A stretch of 64,000 bases of DNA from Octopus sinensis (Eukaryota), in the NCBI RefSeq assembly GCF_006345805.1, contig NC_043003.1, forward strand, positions 45,694,001 to 45,758,000, given 5' to 3'. The stretch's first letter is position 1. Each line of letters starts with the position of its first letter. This document shows, one piece after another, positions 54,619 through 64,000 of this stretch. The notes beneath the pieces are model-generated. The model was not told the origin of the DNA, searched no databases, and saw only the letters and a program-made list of their open reading frames with translations. The translations under genes were made by a program, and so were the position numbers.

Positions 54619-54947
54619 GGCGCATGGCTCAGTGGTTAGAGCGTCGAGCTTACGATCGTGAGGTTGTGAGCTCGAATCCCGGACCGGGCTGCGTGTTGTG
54701 TTCTTGAGCAAGGCACTTTATTTCACGTTGCTCCAGTTCACTCAGCTGTAGAAATGAGTTGCGACGTCACTGGTACCAAGCTTCATTGGCCTTTTCCTTT
54801 CCCTTGGATAACATCAGTGGCGTGGAGAGAGGAGGCTGGCATGCATGGGCGACTGCTGGTCTTCCATAAACAACCTTGCCCGGACTTGTGTCTAGGAGGG
54901 TAACTTTCTAGGTGCAATCCCATGGTCATTCATGACCGAAGGGGGTC
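54619..54947 (+). mobile_element. Full-length tRNA-derived SINE with CORE-like domain and (ATT)n tail
   Basis: A box TGGCTCAGTGG, B box GAGCTCGAATCC, core GTGTTCTTGAGCAAGGCACT, followed by (ATT)n to about 55024. Confidence 0.9.
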
Positions 54948-54955
54948 AAACAAGA

Positions 54956-55058
<103 letters not shown>

Positions 55059-56742
55059 CATACATAGATACACGCATTTGTTGACCGATGAGAATGAGCA
55101 TTCAACATCGAATTGATGGATAAATTTTCTTTTTCTGTGTATTAAGAGCACCATTGGCTTCATGTTAAGAAAAAATATCTAAATATCTTAAAAGTCATTC
55201 TAGCCGACCACGTGGAGGAATGGTGTTTGTCTCCATTTTCGATAAATGCACAAAGTCTCGTGAGTTCACCGAGTTTCTCATAAAGAAAACAATAATATAA
55301 GGGGAGCTAGTCTTGGATGACATCTTTTGAGTGGTTATCTCCTTTCGATTTGACTTCTGAGATGGTAAATTTATTTGCATTATCGTATAATTTATTCTGG
55401 GTATATGTGATGTTTATCATGGGGGAATATTTCTTCTGTGTGTGAAGCTGGTATGTTGTGAATATTAAATTTTCACACCCAGGGAAACAAGATATACTTG
55501 TCGGGTTAGCAGCGCAGGTGGTGGTTCTTCTTTGAATGGCCTAAGTGTGAAATATTACTTTTGTCTGCAGGGAGAAAATATTTCATCCCTAATATTTAAG
55601 ATATCTGTTGATTGTATGATATTTAGCTTTTCAGTTATACTGAGTTCACATTTGCTACCTCGCCCTCTGTTTTGGCGTTAGCAATGATGTTCCATTTTAT
55701 CTGGAGGTTACTTATTATCCCTTCTTTCAATGTCCATATCATAGTGGATACGGATGTTGCATACGTTCTGAGTTCGAATTCCGCCGTGGTGGACTTTGCC
55801 TTTCATCCGTTTGGGATCTTTTCAATTATATGTACAGATTAAGTTTTATTTTTTTTACTAAACACTTTCAAACTTCCTATACTGGTAGAATGTGTGACGT
55901 AGAACAGGGTTTACTCTTTAATGTTTTTGACAAAATTTTTCATTTTAGAAGTTATTTCGTCAGAAGTTACAAAGTGACAATGGACAAATTCGTGTTTGAT
56001 ACACGAAACACTCAGCTTTTGACTTACTCTCTAACTTCTGCCGATAATATATATATACCTGGTCGCTCAAAACGCTTAAAAATAGCAGCCAAAGTATCCC
56101 CCTACCTAACTCACACGCCCATTGTATGTTATGTCCTAGATCATCACTAAATAGACGGTTTGCTGAAAGCTGGAATTTCTTTAATGATAGGTTTGCAGTA
56201 TCAAGGTTGATTTGCGGTTAAATAACAACATTATGGTAAATTTCTATATTAACACCTTCGCGATTTTCACTAAGAAAAAAAGAAACTTTTGATTTTTTGC
56301 GTGGAATCAAGTACCCTGACCTCCTAATATGCTGCAAATTTGTTATTGTGGTTCGGAAAAAATGAGGTGGTAGGGTTCCATCCCACCAATTCCGGAATCA
56401 TTGGAATTTTTTTTTCATTGAATGAAATCCTGTGACTTGCTAATATTGCAAAATTAGGTTATTGAAGGTGAGCCTGGCAACTGATGGTTTTGGGGCTTTG
56501 TTGTTTGTAACATTTGGTGAACAATAGTGCAATCAACAACATGGTAAAAATCCCTGCCATTAATTTGGTGTGGATTTGTAATATCAAATAATTCAATCAC
56601 AACATATATTTAAATCAAACATAAAAAAATTGAAATATTATCTTTCAGTATTTTACAAGGTAAAATCTTAAATTATTAATTGACACATTATTAATTATCT
56701 TATAACAACAATGCCTGGGAAAATCATGGATTATTTGGAAAA

Positions 56743-57235
56743 ATGCGAGCATGAAAAGTAATATTCTTAAGATTATAAACCTGGAAAATTACAGGACAAG
56801 TTATTACACCTGTAACAGTGTAGGACAATTTATTACTTCTAGTAATGTAAAGAATAAGAAACTTTTTACTTAAAATATTGCAGCTAAAATTAACATTTGA
56901 ATATTAAAAGTTATTTTATTATAGTTTACAAATATCACTATACTTATTTATGCAGAACTTGGGTAATTTACTATCTTAAATACAGAAAAAAGTGACTAAT
57001 TAGACAAACTTACAAATTAGCTGAACAGTTTTGTACAATAAATTTAAAAGACGAGAACTGTAAAGAGTGATAAATTAGAACTGGCATTCTTTGCAGCAAT
57101 ATTTTAAGTAAAAAAGTTTCTTATTCTTTACTTTATTAGAAGTAATAGCTTGTCCTATACTTTTACAGGTGTAATAAATTGTCCTGTACTTTTCGAGGTT
57201 TATAATCTTAAGAATATTACCTTTCATGCTCGCAT
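56743..57235. repeat. Fold-back / MITE-like element, about 145-bp imperfect arms
   Basis: ATGCGAGCATGAAAAGTAATATTCTTAAG... versus ...CTTAAGAATATTACCTTTCATGCTCGCAT. Confidence 0.88.
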
Positions 57236-57249
57236 GTAATATATATATA

Positions 57250-57284
<35 letters not shown>

Positions 57285-57674
57285 TCTTATTATTTATATT
57301 GTGTTTGTGTCTGTTGTTTTTCGTCGTTGTTTTTGTATACAGTCGCTGCTTTCTTCAAAAGAATCTAATGCTCTTAGCTTAGTTTTTCCTTGGAGCTGGC
57401 CAGATTGGAGCAATCTCAGGTATAGTCAGCTGAAATTGCGAAGATAAACTGGTACTTAACTGAGGAAAGAAGACTTCAAACGACCCGTCCATGTTTTCTT
57501 TGTATCGTCTATCTGGATGTTTTGTTGTCCCATTTTTGTATCACCTAACTATCCGGATGTTTTGCGTTCTTGTTTCATTTTGTATTTTATATATATATAG
57601 CGGTGTACGTACATTTTGGTCTCTCTCACCCTCTCACCCTCTCTCTCTCTCCCTCCATATATATATATACATAC

Positions 57675-57718
<44 letters not shown>

Positions 57719-58012
57719 TTATCAGTAATAATATAGGGTGAAATTAATTAATTTGGAATAATCATTAATTACACCAAGTAGATTTCGGCATGTAAAAGCC
57801 TCATTCGAGGTAAGTTTAAGTAATATTAAGTAATTAAGGGTTTAGCAACGAATTGCCTCACCACACACCGAATTTAGAAATAGCAGTCAAAGAGTTATAG
57901 CTATTCTTTCTACTAAAAGGGAGATCTCAGTAAAAACACAGCACTTGAAAGGCAAACACAGACAGGTAAGAGAGAATGAAATGCCGGCAATCTATCATAC
58001 AATTTTAAGTCA

Positions 58013-58104
58013 CCTACGGACGTACGTTTCGAAATTAAGTTTTTAGGAAAGCATAAGAATTAGATAATTATGTCTTACCCAACTTCTTTTCTCATCAGCG
58101 TAGG
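58013..58104 (-). ncRNA. Type I hammerhead ribozyme (copy 1), intact core
   Basis: CCUACG-CUGAUGA-[GAAA...UUUC long stem II]-GAAAC-GUAC-GUC/CGUAGG; 6-bp stem I, palindromic stem III, GUC cleavage triplet. Confidence 0.9.
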
Positions 58105-58732
58105 ACACTACAATTATGAATAATTGTATATTAAATTTCGAGATACTAGAAGGCATCATCTCAACTCAGTATCAGAGCGAGCTAAAGCCGTTACCAGTAT
58201 CACCAAATTCAAAGTGTGAATGAAAGTTTGTGTCACCAACCCCTTCCCACCAGCGTGTAGCCAAGACAAGATGCTGTGGTCATTTACTGGGATGTGACTG
58301 CTATTTCTAAATTCGGTGTGTGGTGAGGCAATTCGTTGCTAAACCCTTAATTACTTAGTATTACTTAAACTTTCCTCGAATGAGGCTTTTACATGCCGAA
58401 ATCTACTTGGTGTAATTAATGATTATTCCAAATTAATTAATTTCACCCTATATTATTACTGATAACCATATTTCATCCCAGTAAATGACCACAGCATCTT
58501 GTCTTGGCTACACGCTGGTGGGAAGGGGTTGGTGACACAAACTTTCATTCACACTTTGAATTTGGTGATACTGGTAACGGCTTTAGCTCGCTCTGATACT
58601 GAGTTGAGATGATGCCTTCTAGTATCTCGAAATTTAATATACAATTATTCATAATTGCTTAGTATATATATATATATATATATTACTTCTAGTATCTCGA
58701 AATTTAATATACAATTATTCATAATTGCTTAG

Positions 58733-58785
<53 letters not shown>

Positions 58786-59080
58786 GTTATCAGTAATAAT
58801 ATAGGGTGAAATTAATTAATTTGGAATAATCATTAATTACACCAAGTAGATTTCGGCATGTAAAAGCCTCATTCGAGGTAAGTTTAAGTAATACTAAGTA
58901 ATTAAGGGTTTAGCAACGAATTGCCTCACCACACACCGAATTTAGAAATAGCAGTCAAAGAGTTATAGCTATTCTTTCTACTAAAAGGGAGATCTCAGTA
59001 AAAACACAGCACTTGAAAGGCAAACACAGACAGGTAAGAGAGAATGAAATGCCGGCAATCTATCATACAATTTTAAGTCA

Positions 59081-59172
59081 CCTACGGACGTACGTTTCGA
59101 AATTAAGTTTTTAGGAAAGCATAAGAATTAGATAATTATGTCTTACCCAACTTCTTTTCTCATCAGCGTAGG
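59081..59172 (-). ncRNA. Type I hammerhead ribozyme (copy 2), intact core
   Basis: Identical to copy 1, 1068 nt away. Confidence 0.9.
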
Positions 59173-59919
59173 ACACTACAATTATGAATAATTGTATATT
59201 AAATTTCGAGATACTAGAAGGCATCATCTCAACTCAGTATCAGAGCGAGCTAAAGCCGTTACCAGTATCACCAAATTCAAAGTGTGAATGAAAGTTTGTG
59301 TCACCAACCCCTTCCCACCAGCGTGTAGCCAAGACAAGATGCTGTGGTCATTTACTGGGATGTGACTGCTATTTCTAAATTCGGTGTGTGGTGAGGCAAT
59401 TCGTTGCTAAACCCTTAATTACTTAGTATTACTTAAACTTTCCTCGAATGAGGCTTTTACATGCCGAAATCTACTTGGTGTAATTAATGATTATTCCAAA
59501 TTAATTAATTTCACCCTATATTATTACTGATAACCATATTTCATCCCAGTAAATGACCACAGCATCTTGTCTTGGCTACACGCTGGTGGGAAGGGGTTGG
59601 TGACACAAACTTTCATTCACACTTTGAATTTGGTGATACTGGTAACGGCTTTAGCTCGCTCTGATACTGAGTTGAGATGATGCCTTCTAGTATCTCGAAA
59701 TTTAATATACAATTATTCATAATTGCTTAGTATATATATATATATATACTTCTAGTATCTCGAAATTTAATATACAATTATTCATAATTGCTTAGTATAT
59801 ATATATATATATACATGCATATATGGATACAGGACATAAAAAAACGATGCGAAACGAGACAGGCAACATAAGGAACATTGCCCTTCATCAGTTGTTCCCT
59901 GTTTCATCTACACCGCGTT

Positions 59920-59957
<38 letters not shown>

Positions 59958-60173
59958 CGAAGGGGGTGCTGAAAGGCTGCAGGTTCTAAGGGTGTCGTGA
60001 GAGGCCTCGTTAGAGTCCAAGCTTCCGAGTTCTCTTGCAAGGCTTAGAAAACTGAAGGACCGCTGCACTAAGCATGTGAATTTGAGAGTGGATTATGTTG
60101 AATAAATTCATAATTAACTAATCCTCCTTTATTTTCTCTTACCCAAAGCCAGTAACTTTTCAGCACCCCTTCG
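59958..60173 (+). mobile_element. Mariner deletion-derivative MITE (copy 2)
   Basis: TA-flanked TIRs CGAAGGGGGTGCTGAAAG / CTTTTCAGCACCCCTTCG; interior keeps a transposase C-terminus (GLRKLKDRCTKHVNLRVDYVE*). Confidence 0.82.
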
Positions 60174-60809
60174 TATATATACATGTACATACACACGCAC
60201 TTGCGCATACATCCATACACTCATATCCACACACATGCACACACACACACACACACACATACGCACATACGTACATTTCCACACATATTTAGAATTATAG
60301 AGAGACGGGAAAACAAAATGGTGAGAGTGAGTGTGATGTGTATTTAAGTGTGCGGTGTTCTTTAGATCCATCGAATATTTGAAATCACAGCAGCCAAATT
60401 CTTTCTATGAATTAAACAAACGTGTCAACGTTTCTTGAAATCTTTCTCATATGAGCTATATATAGCTACAAATATTCTGTGAAATTTTTGCCTTGGAAAG
60501 GCAGATGTGAAAACATTTGTTCAACTCGTGTCACCATTGATTGTGTGGACACTTACCCAAGAGATCAGATTTAATGAAGTACCCACACATAAACACAACT
60601 AAATATATATATATATATATATATATACATATGCCTATGTTTGTATATGCTTGTTTTTTTTTGTTTTTTTTGTATCTGTGTCCGCAGGCCAATGTATGTG
60701 TTTGAATGATTGTGCTTATTGGTGTGTATACATCTATATAACTGCCTATGCCTTTCTCTCCTCGTAAGTATGTATATGTGTGTATGTCAATATATGCCTG
60801 TGTTTGTTC

Positions 60810-60843
<34 letters not shown>

Positions 60844-60887
60844 CACTGAATATGTGTTTATATATCTATATATGTGCACACACATAT

Positions 60888-60939
<52 letters not shown>

Positions 60940-61089
60940 TTGCGTATGATTATGTATGTATATAGGGGTGAATGTGTGATGTTTACTACAGACATATCAA
61001 TGAATGTTTTCTCTCTCCATCAGCCATTTTATCTGAATACGTGACACTGATACGAAATCTTGTCATTGCTTATACATAACACACACAAG

Positions 61090-61250
61090 TAAAACTACCT
61101 ACAACATCATCTTCACCACCACCACCACCACCACCACCACAACCAACACCACTACCACCACTACCATCATCATCATCATCATCACCATCATTATCATCAT
61201 CATCATCATGATTATCTTCATTATATATTATCATCAACAACAACGGAACA
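61090..61250. repeat. (CAC/CAT/TAT)n composite microsatellite
   Basis: Direct reading. Confidence 0.9.
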
Positions 61251-61718
61251 CTAGACTAACGCAAATAACAACCACATAATCTTATTTTCTAGTTCAATCT
61301 AACCCACATAATAGTTTTGAATCTCTCTCTCTCTCTCTCTGACATAGCTGTTTACAAGGAATTAATTAAAACTTCTATAAATAAGTACCATATGTCAGAT
61401 ATTTTATCTACATTCCGAGTCTATGACATGTACATTCACCCTATTTAAACTACATATCGTTGTATGTTATACACTTTAGCTGGCAAGGGAAAGATGTGGT
61501 TGATTATGTGATTATGTGGCAAGGTTCATATACTAATTGAATAAGTGTAATTAAAATATTGCAAAATTATTAAATCACAGAATATTATTAGAACGGTAGG
61601 TCTCATTTCTAATGAAACTTTTTACTCGGTCTGGTCTGCTGCGTGAAATATTCAGCTCTGACATCCAATTCCTTACTTGTATTTCTTTGTATAAGTGTAT
61701 GCATGTACGTACATATAG

Positions 61719-61880
61719 GCTCAAGCATGGGTGTGTGACAAGAAATTTGCTTCCCAACCACATGGTTACAGGTTCAATCCCACTGCGTGGCAACCTGGGG
61801 AAATGTCTTCTTTAGTCTCAGGCTGACCAAAGTCTTGTGAGTGGATTTGGTAAACAGAAACTGAAAGAAACACGTCGTGT
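61719..61880 (+). mobile_element. Octopus SINE 5' fragment
   Basis: TTGCTTCCCAACCACATGGTTACAGGTTCAATCCCACTGCGTGGCA...GAGTGGATTTGGTAAACAGAAACTGAAAGAA. Confidence 0.85.
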
Positions 61881-61939
61881 ATATATATATATATATTCAC
61901 GACATATATATATATATATGTATGTGACCGCGTGTGTAC

Positions 61940-62106
61940 CGTTGTCTTCCCTTCTCTGGATCTTTCCTTCTCCTATGTTTCCGATGAAGAGCTCCGCTCG
62001 AAACGTTAAACCCTCCTTCTTTCCTTCTTTCCTGAGCGTCCAATAATACTATATTTGTTCCACGTCCTCGCGTAGTGTTTTTTTGTGCTTTCCTGTTTGG
62101 ATTAAC
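61940..62106 (+). mobile_element. Penelope pLTR-like repeat with minimal hammerhead
   Basis: GTTT-CCGATGA-A-GAGC-TCC-GCTC-GAAAC-GTT-AAAC at 61977-62011; ends at (TA)n. Confidence 0.78.
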
Positions 62107-62111
62107 TATAT

Positions 62112-62155
<44 letters not shown>

Positions 62156-62239
62156 CATACATACATATTATTGTATTTCGGTATGGTCTTTTCTTTTTGT
62201 ATTTTGCCAAATGATCACATGCTCTGTAGAAGAATAGAA

Positions 62240-62475
62240 TGGACTACGCGGAGCAAGAGCACACACGAAGACAGAAAGTGTCGCTGAAGAGTTCACAGAT
62301 GTGTGCTGAAAGATTTCCGGACAATGGACATGAGTTAAAATAAGAACAGTAATAAACGATTGAAGAACGAATATATAGTGCGTGTGCTTATTTAGCAAAA
62401 AGAAAAAAAACAATAAACTATCCCGAAATACAACAATATCTGTTTCAACACACGGTTTCACATCAGGCATCTTGC
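62240..62475 (+). mobile_element. Penelope pLTR fragment related to the 46.5 kb tail, with degenerate hammerhead
   Basis: TGTCG-CTGAAGA-GTTCACAGATGTGTGCT-GAAA-GATTTC-CGGACA, and ATAGTGCGTGTGCTTATT..GCAAAAG shared with about 46580. Confidence 0.6.
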
Positions 62476-63117
62476 AGCACTAATTCGTAAACGAGTGTGT
62501 GTGTGTGTGTGTGTACGTGTATGTGTGTGTGTGTGTGTGTGTAATATCAGCAAAAATTGTACCGCCGCTTCTTAATTGGATCGCGTAGTGTTTACGTGAG
62601 TTGTGTTGGACTGGTTATTTCACAGAATTGCCACACAAAATGTTGATCTTCAACATCACCATTTTATTTACGATTGAAACAAGTTTTTTAGGTCAGGGAT
62701 GTAATATTTCTGTAGGCAGCAGTAAATTCCTCCCCAACCCTTCGCCATCATTTTTTCGTTGTATACTGTGTGAAATATACTGACCCTAAATAATGCACAC
62801 ACATTCATATACAACATATATGTGTAGCTACGTCAATGTATACATAGAGATACATGATAGCTCCTACGACTTGTATAAATAACAGATATGTTGTATACTG
62901 TACTTATACTTGCACGATAGTAAAGTTTTATTTATAAATATTCTCTTTCTCATTGATTAAAGATATGAACATCGTTTGAGCAGCTGGTCTTCACTATATA
63001 ACAATTATTTTGTGTTACCAACATTTATATCTGGTATGATTTGTGTGTCGTAGAAGGTCTGATGGAAACGTTCAAAATAATATTCCTCGTGTAAAATGCA
63101 TGTATGTACTCATTAGC

Positions 63118-64000
63118 AAAGCCACGAGCTGGGAGAGTCGTTAGCACGTCGGGCAAAATACTTAGCGATATTTCATCCGTCTTCACGTTCTGAGTTCAAA
63201 TTCCGCCGAGGTCCACGTTCCCTTCATCCTTTCGGGGTCGATAAAAAAAGTACCAGTTGCGTACTGGTGTCGATCAAATCTACTGCCCTCCTCCCCACAA
63301 ATTTCGGTCCTTTTGCCTAGAATAGAAAAGAATATTTAGGCGGCGAGCTGGCAAAAACGTTAGCACGCCGGGCGAAATGCTTAGCGGCATTTCGTTTGTC
63401 TTTACGTTCTGAGTTCAAATTCTGCCGCGGTCGACTTTGCCTTTCACCATTTGGGGATTGATAAATTAAGTACTAGTTGCGTACAGGGTCGATCTGATAG
63501 ACTGGGCCCCCTCCCCCAAAATTTCGGGCTTTGTTCCTAGGGTAGAAAAGAATATCTAATGTGGATCACAAGACGGCGAGCTGGCAGAATCGTTAGCATG
63601 TCGGGCAAAATACTTAGCGGTATTTCGTCCGCCTTTACGTTCTGAGTCCAAATTCCACCGAGGTCCAGTTTACCTTTCATTCATTCGGGGTCGATGAAAT
63701 ACGTACCAGTCAAATATTGGAGTCGCTGCAATGGATTTACCTCCTCTCTCGTAATTGCTGGTCTTGTGCCAAATTATGAAATCAATATTAACACCCATAA
63801 TATTGCAGGTCAAAAGGCGGCGAGCTAACGGGTCAAAATGCGGTGAGCTGGCGGGTCACAAGGCGGCGAGCTGACAGAGTTGTTAGCGGTATTTCGTCCG
63901 TGTATACGTTCTATGTTCAAATTCCGCCGAGGTCAGCTTTACCTTTCATCATTTCGGGGTCAATAAAATAATTTCTAGTTGAGCATTGGGGTCGATGTAA
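63118..64000 (+). mobile_element. Head-to-tail array of four GGCGGCGAGCTGG-family SINEs (last one runs off the window)
   Basis: Heads near 63121, 63338, 63572 and 63816-63862; the last head occurs three times. Confidence 0.9.

Larger units (their letters stand above)
57717..59795. repeat. Two near-identical tandem units (period 1068 bp), each A-B-C-A'-C' plus a short C' duplication, separated by (TA)n
   Basis: Copy 1 is 57717-58732 and copy 2 is 58785-59795. A 57717-57889, B 57890-58110, C 58111-58294, A' 58295-58467, C' 58474-58657. Confidence 0.95.

Noticed and set aside
54619-54690. tRNA gene
   Set aside because: It has A/B boxes but no proper acceptor stem and continues into a SINE core and tail. 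It is a SINE head.
58370-58640. Extra plus-strand hammerheads in A' (CGAAUGA-GGC..GCC-GAAA) and C' (GAGAU..AUCUC-GAAA)
   Set aside because: The core lacks CUGANGA and stems I and III do not pair. At best these are vestiges.
57717-59795. CRISPR array or DNA transposon with TIRs
   Set aside because: There is no short repeat-spacer periodicity. The inverted segments are interleaved rather than terminal, and there is no TSD.

Overview
AT-rich, microsatellite-dense eukaryotic DNA, most likely from an Octopus (cephalopod) genome, judged from its recognisable SINE families. Nearly all ORF-track entries are translations of (TA)n, (CA)n, (TACA)n or trinucleotide repeats. Most interpretable sequence is transposon-derived: a Dong/R4 LINE, Penelope-like (PLE) RT and GIY-YIG remnants, two TIR-bounded mariners, a Tigger/pogo, two hATs, Helitron pieces, MITEs and three SINE families. 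Several short, phase-compatible minus-strand exons suggest a host gene with large introns that I cannot identify. The most notable signal is a set of type I hammerhead ribozyme (HHR) motifs and fold-back structures next to (TA)n tracts. The best example is a near-identical 1068-bp tandem unit (57717-59795) with interleaved inverted arms and an intact minus-strand HHR in each copy, i.e. a PLE pLTR or retrozyme-like array. All coordinates, alignments and translations were done by eye. No database searches or folding programs were run.
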